From the IMG/VR virus record IMGVR_UViG_3300042402_007133: a stretch of 64,000 nucleotides of DNA, one strand, 5' to 3'. A program made the translations under genes and the position numbers. Below are positions 1-10,087 of the stretch, one piece after another; the first letter of the stretch is position 1, and each line of letters begins with the position of its first letter. The notes under the pieces are model-generated. The model was not told where the DNA came from and searched no databases. It saw nothing but the letters and a program-made list of their open reading frames with translations. This stretch comes from an uncultured virus (IMG/VR IMGVR_UViG_3300042402_007133). Lineage: Duplodnaviria; Heunggongvirae; Uroviricota; Caudoviricetes.

Positions 1-2089
1 AATTGTCTGGTTTGTATCTAAATACGTACCTGTTAAACCTCTTGTTGTCCTCTATCTGAAGTCTAACCGAGAAGACGCAGTTCAGCAGATTGTATTCAAG
101 GATCTCAGACGGATCCAAAAGTGAAAGATAATAGTTTGAAGATATTGGTATATTTATTTGATCAACCTCAGAAATAATGTACCATTTTGATCCAGATGCA
201 GATGCACCGGTTGGCTTAAAAGAAACCATAAGGTCCAGTATTCCATTGTTGAATGCCAAGACAATGGCCTTGATGTATTCAATTCCATAGCTTCCAGACT
301 TCACATCTATCATCTGCTTTGAGACATATACAATGTCTCCCTTTGAATAATTTACCTGGTACGGAAGATTTAGGCTAAGACGTATCTTTTGCCCTGCTTT
401 TACTTTATTAAGATTCAAAGGCGTATTCGGTGGTATGGAAGACGTCCATGAAGATCCACCGTTTGTGGATTTCTTTATGTATGTGTCATCTCCAGATGAC
501 CAAATATTTGTTGTGCTTAGCATTTGAACAGAGTATAAGCTTCCGTATCCACTTATACCGGAGGCATTCCATGTTATACCACCATCTGTTGTTTTTGTTA
601 ACGACCCACCCGAACCTACACATATTCCAGTGTTTCCTATGAAGTAAACAGACCTGAGGTCACTTGTTGTCCCTGATGCCCTTGTCGTCCATGAATCGCC
701 GTCAGTGTTTGTTCTTATTATTGTTCCAGAGCCACCACATGCATATCCTCTTGTTGCGCTCGTAAAGAACACACCATAGAGGTTTTGTGTCGTTCCAGAC
801 ACTGATGTCTTATCGGTCCAAGTTGTGCCGCCGTCCTCGGTTTCAATGACGGTGCCTGAGTTTCCAACTGCCCATCCTGTCAGATCATCAACAAAGAACA
901 CGGAGTTTAGAGAAGCAGATACTCCACTGCTTTGTGCAGTCCATGTATCTCCTTCTGATGTTCCATAAAGGACCTCACCATTTGAACCAACTGCCCAAAT
1001 GTTGTCCTCGTCATGGATTGAAATGCCATACAGATTTTCACTGGAGTTTGATGTCATCTCTTCCCAGGTATCTCCTGTGTCTGTTGTTCTAAATATCGCA
1101 CCCGAATTTCCAACCGTGAATCCTGTGTACATCGATTGGGAGTTTGGTGTTGTTATGAACGCAACTGCCTTTGGTGTGGTCTTCATTTCAGCAGGAGTCA
1201 CTATTTCCCAATTTGCTCCGGCATCTAAAGTTCTTAGTATGACTGGCGACCCCTCATTGTCTGTGCCCACTGTGAATCCAACGGTTGAACTCACAAAGAA
1301 TATCGAGTAGTAAAGATCTCCTGGAGTTACATCATTTATCTGACTTCTATATGTAGGCGTTCCATTTATCACAACTTCAAACCCAGAGTCTCTGTTGTCG
1401 TTCCTCTGCAGCCTAAGGCTATTTCCAGGAGAAAGCTGAGGATATGATAACACGCTTTCTGGTGATTCAATCCAAAGGCTACCATTTGAGCTGTATGAAA
1501 GAAGAGGCTCATTGATTATGAGCGAAAGGTCCTTTGCATTGAAGTTGACCTTTCTGCTTATGTTGTTTTCTAATCTAAAGACGCCTCTGTTTGCATATTC
1601 TGTCAGAGGTGTTGTGGATATGAAATACACTTGAAGGTCTTGTTGTATCAAATCAACGTATGAGGAAAACTCCTCTGAATATGTTGGATCTGCAACAAGA
1701 ACCTTTGTTATGTTTCCATATGTTGGATCATCAACATCCTGTGTGTCAACGACAACGAGATTGTAGCAGTCCAACGTAAGAGCGTTGACAAGGAATATCC
1801 AGTGTCCTCCGTTTATTATGTTTCCATCATCATCGTTGTTAACAAATCCATCAAGCCAGATCTCATAGAGGTATCCGCTCGTTGAGTAGTTTCCACCCTG
1901 TTGGTTCAACGTGAATGACGCAAATACGGAATCAATAGTTATTGTTTTTGATATGCTTTGTATTTCATTCAACGATGATTTCCAAGTCAATGCATTGGAG
2001 TTAGAAACAGGAGAAGGTCCTGAAGCATTTCCATCTTCAAGACCTGGACTGTACCCAAAAGGATCATTGCATGTTAGTTGATTGGACAT
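1..2089 (-). CDS. Large virion-associated protein with Ycf48/BNR (Asp-box) beta-propeller repeats, partial (runs off the window start)
   Basis: Absent from the ORF track because it has no stop in the window. Translated by hand from ATG at 2089 (MSNQLTCNDPFGYSPG...) and open to position 2. Contains repeats such as GFTVG..ILRTLDAGANW, IFRTTDTGDTW, VIETEDGGTTW, LTKTTDGGITW and IKKSTNGGSSW at about 430-1310. Confidence 0.8.
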   Translation of the reverse strand, partial: MSNQLTCNDPFGYSPGLEDGNASGPSPVSNSNALTWKSSLNEIQSISKTITIDSVFASFTLNQQGGNYSTSGYLYEIWLDGFVNNDDDGNIINGGHWIFLVNALTLDCYNLVVVDTQDVDDPTYGNITKVLVADPTYSEEFSSYVDLIQQDLQVYFISTTPLTEYANRGVFRLENNISRKVNFNAKDLSLIINEPLLSYSSNGSLWIESPESVLSYPQLSPGNSLRLQRNDNRDSGFEVVINGTPTYRSQINDVTPGDLYYSIFFVSSTVGFTVGTDNEGSPVILRTLDAGANWEIVTPAEMKTTPKAVAFITTPNSQSMYTGFTVGNSGAIFRTTDTGDTWEEMTSNSSENLYGISIHDEDNIWAVGSNGEVLYGTSEGDTWTAQSSGVSASLNSVFFVDDLTGWAVGNSGTVIETEDGGTTWTDKTSVSGTTQNLYGVFFTSATRGYACGGSGTIIRTNTDGDSWTTRASGTTSDLRSVYFIGNTGICVGSGGSLTKTTDGGITWNASGISGYGSLYSVQMLSTTNIWSSGDDTYIKKSTNGGSSWTSSIPPNTPLNLNKVKAGQKIRLSLNLPYQVNYSKGDIVYVSKQMIDVKSGSYGIEYIKAIVLAFNNGILDLMVSFKPTGASASGSKWYIISEVDQINIPISSNYYLSLLDPSEILEYNLLNCVFSVRLQIEDNKRFNRYVFRYKPDN

Positions 2090-5000
2090 CCGTCAAATTG
2101 TAATGTTTCAAAAGAGTCGAATACTGTCACAAATCCCGTCTTCTTTATCGTCTTTGTGTTTCCATTAAGGTCTATGACCTCTGCTTCAACATCAAAGTTT
2201 CCTGTTGAATTGAACGTCCACACAAAGTACGGATTTCTCGTCTTCAGGAGAAGCACACCAGATTCTGAGTCTGTAAGCTTCCATATGACATCAACAACTC
2301 CCGATATTTGGCAGTTTGCAAGATTAAAGAAAACTGTTGAAAACGTCAATGCATCAACATGGTCGTATCCTATGTATGTTTCGTTCCAGTTGAAGCTTCC
2401 ATTCAGATATGGGCCATACTGTGATCTCATAAGAGCCGGAAGGTTTCCATTGCATGTATCAAAGTACTTCACAGGAGGGAATGTTGATCCGCCTTCTTCC
2501 CATCCACGGTAGTTTGATTCTTCTCTAGGATCGTAGTCGCCTATGTTACTAGTGTCCCTGTACTTTCTAAAGTCATAAACTGGATATGTGTGAGACCTTG
2601 TAGGGAAGTCTCTGTATATTCCAGTGACGCCGCCATCAAACTCTATGAAGCCAAGGGCCGCAACACCAGGAACCTTTGCAGTTGCAAGTATCACATACGT
2701 TGGAGGAACATAAATCTCTCTAGGAGGCGTTGCTGTTGAATCATACACCAGAGTCTCTGGTATCTGACCCCAAGGAGTAAAGAAGACTCTGTAGTCCGTG
2801 AAGTCTGCTATCGCAGCATACTCAACACTATCTTCTATGTTTATTACAATCTCGCCAACCGAATTGAATTCTGCTCCAAGAGAGGATATCACAACGTCTA
2901 TCGTCTCACTGTTGTCCTTCTTCACTATCTTTATTGTGTTTCCTGGAGTGAAGTACGGAAGGCTTGATATGTCTTGATCGAAGTCGAAGTTTACTGTAGG
3001 ACCTGCTGAAGACCCTGTTGAGTCATCATTGAGAAAATAGCCATCGTTTACTTCATAGCTTATTGATGTGTAGTACGGCCAAACGTTTGATGCTGGATCA
3101 GGAAGTACCCTAAGAAGCCCCATCGATTCATTGTATATTGCAATGCTGTAATTGAACGTTGCAATCTCCTCTATCTGTGACTCCTTAAGTGCCTGCAGGG
3201 CGTCTCCCATCGTCATGTAAGAATCGTTTGGAAACTCAAAGAGTTCTCCATCATTTATTCTTATCGATCCGCCAGGAGCAACTGTATTGACTATGAATCC
3301 GCATGTGTAGCTTGGGTGGTAATCAAATGACCCCCATGTTCTTGAGAACACGTCCTTCCACTGTCCTGTGAGAGAAGACCACTTGTTGACAGGAAGTATT
3401 CCTGCCCACTTTGCTGCATAATCAACATCAAAGTCAGAGAAGTCTATTGAGTACGTTGTATCGATCTTTGGAAGAAGCCAGTTTGGATCTTCTAGAACAA
3501 CGTTCGTGTATGAACCATCGAAGTAAACATCAGACACATAGAACGAAACATCAGCAGAGACATTGCCCCAATAGGCAAGAACATCGTTTGTTGATGGATC
3601 AGGAAGATTCAGCAGCGTCTTATCAAGATCATTGAAGAATATAGATGTTCTTCCGTTGTATGCTGTTGTTGATCCAGGCGTCAACCTTGTTGAGAAGTTG
3701 AAGTACCTCAGTGAACAGCCAGTCTCAGTGGATATTACTTCTCCGCCTGTTTGTGTGGCTGCTATGTTGAAGTTTGAATACCTTCTATCGATTGTCTTGA
3801 ATTCAACCGTGGTCTTTCCTGTTGCTATGTCATAGGAACTCTTTGTTACTATTGCATCAGAGAAATCTACATCGCCACTTAACAGGATCTCAACGCTCAG
3901 GCCTGTGCGTATCCATGTTGTCAGATCTCCATCTAGCTCACACCTGTACTTTGGATAGTATCCTGCCTCGCTTATCTCGGGGCTTATTGCATCAAATGTT
4001 AGTGATTCAAGAAGCACCCTTGATATTATTGAGATCAGTTTTCCGTTGATTGCCGATGGTTGGTATTCGCCCTCTATTGTCAGCGTCTTTGTTGTTGAGT
4101 TATACGCCATGACGGATGCCGAAGATCTTGATTCAGGCCCCTTAAAAACAACAAGTTGGCCCTTTGTCAATGCAGGGCGCGCACTTGTGTCAGGCTTGTA
4201 ATAGTTTCCAAAGAGGTAAACTGTTTTTGCATCATAGTCTATGTCTGCTATCTGTGCATTCTCTATCTCATCAAGGAAATCCTGGTCAAAGTACCTTGTT
4301 GAGCTTATGTCTGACCAACGTATGACTGATTGCTGCCATGTTGTGTTCTTAAACCTACGAGGAAATGCCCTTGTTGCAAGCGTTCTCTTTACAGTTGGTC
4401 TTAGAACGCCTTGATTTCTTGTTGCCCATGACCAGTTTCCTTCTTCCCACGTTCCATATATTTGGTTCCATGTATCTACTGTGTTTGATGCTCTGTAGAA
4501 ACCAACGAGGTTTGATGATTTCATGTTTGCAACAAACGCACTTCTAAGTAGCTTTGATTGAATGCCGCTGCTTGTAAGATAGTATGCAAGCTCAACATCA
4601 TACGTTCCTTCATAAGGAACGATGACATCATGCTCTGTCAGGTCATCGACGGTTCCTCTCTTCACATAATTGAAAGGCCTTGCAGCCCCTGTTGAATTAA
4701 CGCGCCATTCCATCTCATAAACATCACCATCCGAAAGACCACCCCATGTGAACTGGCTTCCTGGCATTGAACTCTCTGACTCTTGAAGCTTGTCCCATGA
4801 CATGGTCAGATCTTTCCAGTATATCTTGAATGTCTCTGCTGTGCAGGTGACCTTTGCACCTATCTTTTGAACGCCGCTCTCTAAAAATGTTGATGTGTTC
4901 TTGTTTACATAGAAGCTGGACAGCTCATAGTTTCCAAGATCAGATATGCTGTATGCAGAAAGATCCTGGATAGATAGTCCTTCTCCTATTGGATTGACTT

Positions 5001-7113
5001 TCTTGTATGGCGTGTCTTGATCCTCTATGTAAGCTATCTTTGGTTCAACCTTAAACTTTATGTCTAGGTAATCAGGTGACGATACTATGTAATGGTTCTG
5101 TGTGAGCCATGACTCTGTTGCATAGGTATCAAAGTATACGCCCTCTCCTGTTATGTCAACGATCCTTGCATTAAGTGGAAGGAAGTACTTCTTGAGAGCA
5201 TTCTTCAGAGAAAACAGCTTTATGAGGACTTCCTCGTTTGTGAACTGGAATGAGTCCTGTGTTATCGGCTCTCCATATTCATCATAGGTACCTGTTAGTT
5301 CGTTTATGTCATAGACCAAACTGAACTTGCTTGTCTTTTTCCATACCTGGCTTGGGACAAGTGAATCGCTGTTTATGTCCTTTAGGTTTAGAGGAACCTC
5401 TGTTTGACGGTACTTGCCATACAAAGGAGACGTGATATCTATGTTCTTCCAGTATTCCTTTAGGCGAAGATCACCGTATCCAAAGAACTTTATTGCATTT
5501 ATGAACCCTCTGTATGAACCAGTGTAGGGGAATATCTCCTCACCTGCAGCAAGAAGTTCCTTTCTCTTTTCATTTACTATCTGATAATCAGGGAGTGCTT
5601 CATTGACATCAGAGTTTCTAAATATTGGGCCGACGTCGGGGACTATGTCTCTTCCAAAGTTGTCGAGGACAAGCTTAAATCTTTCATCCTCTCCTTCGAC
5701 TTCACCATAAACTGCTATCTCAGCAACCTTCTGGAGATCTTCTATGAAATTCCATTCAACAACAACACCAGAGGAAGCAGGTGGAACATAACCGTTCTTG
5801 CTGTTTCCAAAAAGAACATTGACCTCTGAAGAAATGGTCTTCTTCAGGTTTACGACCTGTTCGCCTGCATTGTATTCATTTATCGTCTCAACAATCTCCA
5901 TAGGAAGGAGCTGCTGATCGTTCAACAGAACTTTGTATGTTGAAAAATCTGTTATTGACCCAAACAGCGTGTTATCCTCTATGTCTATCGTCATTGTATC
6001 CGTTGTCGGATTGTAATTGCTTGTTACGACGGTGCAGAAGAACGTTGATGTTGGGTTGTTGTTCTTAACTATTGCTATTGTGCCACCTGGCTGCAGCCTC
6101 TTCTCGCTTTCAAAGCTTCTCTTTGAAGAAAAGTCAATAGACATTGAACCAGGAGTAACAACTGATGTTGATTCTATCTGAAATCCTGATTGCGGCTGGG
6201 CAACATAGATGTTAAAGTAGTAGTCATTGATGTTAAATGAATCGTCAACATCAATGATGTAATTTTGGTTGTTTAGTCCTGTTCCAACAAATGTGTCACG
6301 GAATGTATCAGAAACTGCGCTTAGATTTGTGTAGTATACTTCAAGTGTTCTTGCATACCTGGATTCTTCATCCGAGAACAAGGCAAGATTTAGCTGCATG
6401 ACCCTTGAGTCAATCTCAGTTCCATCTTCTATTATCCTGTACATCGTTGCATCAGGATCGACTGCTACAGGTTCTCCTCCAGAAAATGTCACCCCTTCAA
6501 TTTCATCAGAGGATCCATTATCCAACAGTTCTTCTAAGTACTCTAGTCTGTTTATGACTGGGTAGTCACCGGATGTGTCTGAATTGAACAGGAATATGTT
6601 GTCTGACGCAACATCTTCTCTCCACTTAACCGTAAAGTATGAGTTATCTGCTCCTCGAGGAAACGTGTAAACGTATGCTTCTATCTTCCATGAGCTGATG
6701 GTCCCAGTTCCAAACTTTGATGTGACCCGCACATATAAGGACCCATCTGCTGGATTATATCCCTGTACAGAACCTATGAAGTAGTTTGCAGAGTTTGATG
6801 AATCCACAACAGTGATCTGTTGCCCTGGATAGTAGATTCTGTCCAGGAGTTCAACATCACTTGGATCTGCATTAACATCAAGTGTGACGAGGCCGCTCAA
6901 TCCAACAGGAAGAGTGTTGATGTTTATTGATTGAGTAAAGCTGTATTCGTACTTAACCTGCTCGGCAATGAAAATGTGTTGTACTTCATATAATGAAGTG
7001 GAGACTCTAGGGAAGTAGAGCATCCCATACCACACACCGTATGCACGAGTGAGATTGAGTTCGTTACCTTCTTTATCAAAAAACTTAAGGTGGCGACCTA
7101 CCTCTATAAGCAT
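2074..7113 (-). CDS. Very large baseplate wedge-like structural protein (gp7/P2 gpI-like segment, C-terminal PKD-like domain)
   Basis: 1679 aa. GSYRGFINAIKFFGYGDLRLKEYW resembles wedge gp7/gpI-type segments. C-terminal YFVWTFNSTGNFDVEAEVIDLNGN is PKD-like. Lies downstream of the gp6-like gene. Confidence 0.6.
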   Translation of the reverse strand: MLIEVGRHLKFFDKEGNELNLTRAYGVWYGMLYFPRVSTSLYEVQHIFIAEQVKYEYSFTQSININTLPVGLSGLVTLDVNADPSDVELLDRIYYPGQQITVVDSSNSANYFIGSVQGYNPADGSLYVRVTSKFGTGTISSWKIEAYVYTFPRGADNSYFTVKWREDVASDNIFLFNSDTSGDYPVINRLEYLEELLDNGSSDEIEGVTFSGGEPVAVDPDATMYRIIEDGTEIDSRVMQLNLALFSDEESRYARTLEVYYTNLSAVSDTFRDTFVGTGLNNQNYIIDVDDSFNINDYYFNIYVAQPQSGFQIESTSVVTPGSMSIDFSSKRSFESEKRLQPGGTIAIVKNNNPTSTFFCTVVTSNYNPTTDTMTIDIEDNTLFGSITDFSTYKVLLNDQQLLPMEIVETINEYNAGEQVVNLKKTISSEVNVLFGNSKNGYVPPASSGVVVEWNFIEDLQKVAEIAVYGEVEGEDERFKLVLDNFGRDIVPDVGPIFRNSDVNEALPDYQIVNEKRKELLAAGEEIFPYTGSYRGFINAIKFFGYGDLRLKEYWKNIDITSPLYGKYRQTEVPLNLKDINSDSLVPSQVWKKTSKFSLVYDINELTGTYDEYGEPITQDSFQFTNEEVLIKLFSLKNALKKYFLPLNARIVDITGEGVYFDTYATESWLTQNHYIVSSPDYLDIKFKVEPKIAYIEDQDTPYKKVNPIGEGLSIQDLSAYSISDLGNYELSSFYVNKNTSTFLESGVQKIGAKVTCTAETFKIYWKDLTMSWDKLQESESSMPGSQFTWGGLSDGDVYEMEWRVNSTGAARPFNYVKRGTVDDLTEHDVIVPYEGTYDVELAYYLTSSGIQSKLLRSAFVANMKSSNLVGFYRASNTVDTWNQIYGTWEEGNWSWATRNQGVLRPTVKRTLATRAFPRRFKNTTWQQSVIRWSDISSTRYFDQDFLDEIENAQIADIDYDAKTVYLFGNYYKPDTSARPALTKGQLVVFKGPESRSSASVMAYNSTTKTLTIEGEYQPSAINGKLISIISRVLLESLTFDAISPEISEAGYYPKYRCELDGDLTTWIRTGLSVEILLSGDVDFSDAIVTKSSYDIATGKTTVEFKTIDRRYSNFNIAATQTGGEVISTETGCSLRYFNFSTRLTPGSTTAYNGRTSIFFNDLDKTLLNLPDPSTNDVLAYWGNVSADVSFYVSDVYFDGSYTNVVLEDPNWLLPKIDTTYSIDFSDFDVDYAAKWAGILPVNKWSSLTGQWKDVFSRTWGSFDYHPSYTCGFIVNTVAPGGSIRINDGELFEFPNDSYMTMGDALQALKESQIEEIATFNYSIAIYNESMGLLRVLPDPASNVWPYYTSISYEVNDGYFLNDDSTGSSAGPTVNFDFDQDISSLPYFTPGNTIKIVKKDNSETIDVVISSLGAEFNSVGEIVINIEDSVEYAAIADFTDYRVFFTPWGQIPETLVYDSTATPPREIYVPPTYVILATAKVPGVAALGFIEFDGGVTGIYRDFPTRSHTYPVYDFRKYRDTSNIGDYDPREESNYRGWEEGGSTFPPVKYFDTCNGNLPALMRSQYGPYLNGSFNWNETYIGYDHVDALTFSTVFFNLANCQISGVVDVIWKLTDSESGVLLLKTRNPYFVWTFNSTGNFDVEAEVIDLNGNTKTIKKTGFVTVFDSFETLQFDGCPIN

Positions 7114-7124
7114 ATTAGTTTGAT

Positions 7125-7502
7125 TTAACGGTTGTAGTCATTAGGGAATTTTCCTGGAAACTCGTAGATCTTTTTGCTCTGCAGCCCAGTCAGTTCCGCT
7201 TGCTTAACTTCGTTTTGAAACTCAGCAAAATTTGAAAACCTAGATATATCAGGATCCTTTATATCCCCACTCTTTACAAGAAGGTTGAACCTTCTGAAAA
7301 AGTCCTTTAACAATTCTATGTCTGCCTGGTTCTCAATATACCATGTGCACATTGCATGGAGGTATATCTTTTCAACGGTAGGATCGACATATGCAATCGT
7401 ATTAAAAACGTCACCAGGTATCTTTCCTGTATCAACAAAAAAGATCCTGGCGGCATCATAGGATTCATTAAGCATCTCTTTATACCTGAGGAGGTTCTTC
7501 AT
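7125..7502 (-). CDS. Hypothetical protein, possible head-internal protein
   Basis: 125 aa ORF, coupled to the upstream gene by a 1-nt overlap. N-terminus MKNLLRYKEMLNES resembles a capsid-targeting/protease-cleaved leader. Confidence 0.55.
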   Translation of the reverse strand: MKNLLRYKEMLNESYDAARIFFVDTGKIPGDVFNTIAYVDPTVEKIYLHAMCTWYIENQADIELLKDFFRRFNLLVKSGDIKDPDISRFSNFAEFQNEVKQAELTGLQSKKIYEFPGKFPNDYNR

Positions 7503-8323
7503 TACATTGTTTCTATTGTTGCACCATACAAGTTAAGTATGAGCCACTGAGATCCGGTCCATGCAAGCTCAACGCAGCTGTTGAATAGATTACCACCAAC
7601 AGATGAGTCATTGTTACATATAAGAATTCCTTCGTTTCCAACAGTTGAGCTGTCAACACCAAGGATTGTTCCTCCTACCGGTGCCATGAGATAATGAGCA
7701 TCAGTGTTTGTTACATCTGAATCCAGCGTTGTGACTATTGTGATCCTTTGACCTATGTCACCTGTGTTTGGAAGCCTAACGTCTTTTATGATGTAGCCAT
7801 CAGCAGTGTTTGCTGGGTCATACTCACTTGTCCATTGGAGAAGGAAGACGCTTGCATTTGCTGTAACAAGGTTCCCAGTCGTTCCAGAGACTGTTGCATA
7901 AGATGCCTCATCGTATGCAGGAATGAACGCATCTGAGAAACCAGTCTGGACCACAGAACCAGCAACCGATAGGCCGCCGGAGCTAGAGATCTTGTTTGCT
8001 GAGTTTGTCAGGCTTATATTACCGCCCGAGACGGTAATTCCATTTGTGACCACAAGCGCATTTGTTGTAAGCGTTTGGCCCACACCAAGATTTCCTGTGA
8101 TGTCACCAGAGTTCTCAACTGTCAGACCTATTGTAGTAAAAGGATCTGTTGAGAGCTTCTGTATGGTCGCAGAATTGACAGTAAGGTCTCCGGTTGTCGT
8201 GTCCAGGTATTCATCTGTTATTGTATCCACCGCAGATTTAAGCGCGGAGAAGTTGTTATTTAACGTGACTCGGGATGCTGCAATCTCATCTGTTTCGAGT
8301 ATTTCTGTTATGGTTACTGCCAT
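7502..8323 (-). CDS. Putative tail/fibre-associated structural protein
   Basis: 273 aa, Thr/Gly/Ser-rich. N-terminal SRVTLNNNFSAL helix is typical of fibre anchors, and the C-terminus is VELAWTGSQWLIL. Preceded by the ATATATA motif. Confidence 0.55.
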   Translation of the reverse strand: MAVTITEILETDEIAASRVTLNNNFSALKSAVDTITDEYLDTTTGDLTVNSATIQKLSTDPFTTIGLTVENSGDITGNLGVGQTLTTNALVVTNGITVSGGNISLTNSANKISSSGGLSVAGSVVQTGFSDAFIPAYDEASYATVSGTTGNLVTANASVFLLQWTSEYDPANTADGYIIKDVRLPNTGDIGQRITIVTTLDSDVTNTDAHYLMAPVGGTILGVDSSTVGNEGILICNNDSSVGGNLFNSCVELAWTGSQWLILNLYGATIETM

Positions 8324-8339
8324 TTTTACCTCATTTTTT

Positions 8340-8348
8340 GTATATATT
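8340..8348 (-). promoter_or_regulatory. Putative late promoter motif AATATATAC
   Basis: Intergenic, between the gp6-like stop and ATG 8323. Confidence 0.6.
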
Positions 8349-8352
8349 TGTC

Positions 8353-10074
8353 TTAGTTAGATTTTAGTTTCTTTATCTTCTCTATTGCAAGCTTGTTATA
8401 GATTGATTGTGTTAGAACTTCTTTTATCTCTATGTTGACAGAGCAAGGGACCGCAAAATCTACAGTATCGTTAAAGTAGTTTCCGTATCTGTCGTACCAA
8501 CCGCCCCTTACGAGTGGAAGTTCTCCCTTTCCTATTATGATGTCTCCCTGGCTATCCAAACCAATATCTGCCGGTTCCGGAGTATTTGGTGCTGTTGCAA
8601 GCTTTTGGAGCCATTCGCTCTTTATCTTTTCATTCTCCTCACACATGAATTTAACATTGACCGAATCTATTCCATTGATTCCTTCAAGTATTGCAACTAT
8701 ATCACTCTGTGGAATTCTGTCCCTTCTCACAAATGAAAGAAGGTACTCATTTAGCCTTGATACGACGTCAGACTTTAGAAGATCCACAGAAACGTTATCA
8801 AATATTACAAGGCTTATGTTTAGGACGTACCTCTTTATCACTGGCCTGAGGATTCTCATCTCGGATGTTACAAGCATCGATCCTGACTCCTGAACATAAT
8901 CCCTGATCTTCTTCACCTCGTCATCGAATAGAGTGAACTTCTCCACGTTTACGGTGAAATAGTTCTCATTTGTCTTTAGCCTCTTTTGTATCTCTGGAAC
9001 CAGATACACATAGACCACATTGTCATCCTCGAGGTAATCATCACCAAACGTGTCAAACGCGTCAACTATTGAGAAATAGTTCAGCCTCTGAAGAAAGTAC
9101 ACGTAGTTCTCTGGGCGAGCAAGAACGAGAGACCTTGATACCTTTGGTGCTATTATCTTTGTGAGTTCAATTGGCTCAGGAAAGGATCCAAGGACAACCC
9201 TTGATGCAAGGGATATGTTTATCCCGTTGTTTACATCTATGGTGTTTCCAACTGCATCAAAAACCTGATCTATAAACTTAAACTGAGCCTTTTCTGTGAA
9301 GTCTATGATGTTTCCATATGCCCCATCTGTGACAAGATACTGAACAACTATTGTTGCTCCTGCGTCTGGGATCTTTCCATACTGAGTGTTTCCGAATATG
9401 ACATCTATTCCGTTGTTTAGCGATGTTCTAACAAGACACCCAGATGCACCCATAGGCATGTCATAAAAGCTGTCATATATCTTGTACTCTTCTCCATTTA
9501 CATACACATTAACAAAAAAGTTGTCTATGTTATTGTTGTTCTTCACAAATGCATTGTATGTCTGGAGTGACTCAGCAGTGCCGGTGAATGTCTGGGATTC
9601 AATCTTCCCTTGGACCATCTTTACTTTAACAGAATCCCTCTGTCCTATGTTCATCCTTATCTCTTCTCTTGGCGCAAGGATTGTGTAATAGAGTCCGTTG
9701 TTGACGCACTGTATTGTTGTAAAGTTTGGTATTACGACTTGATTGTTTGCTGCCTGTATTGTTTCTCCAGTAAACGTCAGGTTTATGTCACCTGTTGCAC
9801 CCACAGCCCTTGTTGGGTTGTGACCTGCAAGACGGGCAAGCCCGTACACAGAGCTTCTTCTTGTTGCTGTGTATATGTTGAGCTCCGTTATGCTGTCTTC
9901 AATGTAGAAGAAAACCCTTTGGGTGAACGCAGATATGGCAGTAAGGAGCTGGCCATATGCAGACGAAGGTCCAAATACTGCACCTGATTGCGAGTATGCA
10001 TTTGAGAAGTATGTTCGAGCATCGCTGTATATCTGTGAAAACAGCACACTCATCTTTTTTAGGAGTTCGTTCAA
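8353..10074 (-). CDS. gp6: Baseplate wedge subunit (T4 gp6 / baseplate J-like)
   Basis: Motifs ELNIYTATRRSSVYGLARLAGHNP, VIFGNTQYGKIPDAGATIVVQYLVTDGAYGN and LEGINGIDSV are typical of gp6/J-like proteins. The start may be TTG 10074 or ATG 10053. Confidence 0.85.
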   Translation of the reverse strand: MNELLKKMSVLFSQIYSDARTYFSNAYSQSGAVFGPSSAYGQLLTAISAFTQRVFFYIEDSITELNIYTATRRSSVYGLARLAGHNPTRAVGATGDINLTFTGETIQAANNQVVIPNFTTIQCVNNGLYYTILAPREEIRMNIGQRDSVKVKMVQGKIESQTFTGTAESLQTYNAFVKNNNNIDNFFVNVYVNGEEYKIYDSFYDMPMGASGCLVRTSLNNGIDVIFGNTQYGKIPDAGATIVVQYLVTDGAYGNIIDFTEKAQFKFIDQVFDAVGNTIDVNNGINISLASRVVLGSFPEPIELTKIIAPKVSRSLVLARPENYVYFLQRLNYFSIVDAFDTFGDDYLEDDNVVYVYLVPEIQKRLKTNENYFTVNVEKFTLFDDEVKKIRDYVQESGSMLVTSEMRILRPVIKRYVLNISLVIFDNVSVDLLKSDVVSRLNEYLLSFVRRDRIPQSDIVAILEGINGIDSVNVKFMCEENEKIKSEWLQKLATAPNTPEPADIGLDSQGDIIIGKGELPLVRGGWYDRYGNYFNDTVDFAVPCSVNIEIKEVLTQSIYNKLAIEKIKKLKSN

Positions 10075-10087
10075 TCTTCTTTAATTT

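Noticed and set aside
430..1310. Plus-strand ORFs 430..642 and 999..1310
   Set aside because: They are antisense to the long minus-strand propeller gene (1..2089). The same applies to most short + strand ORFs in the track.
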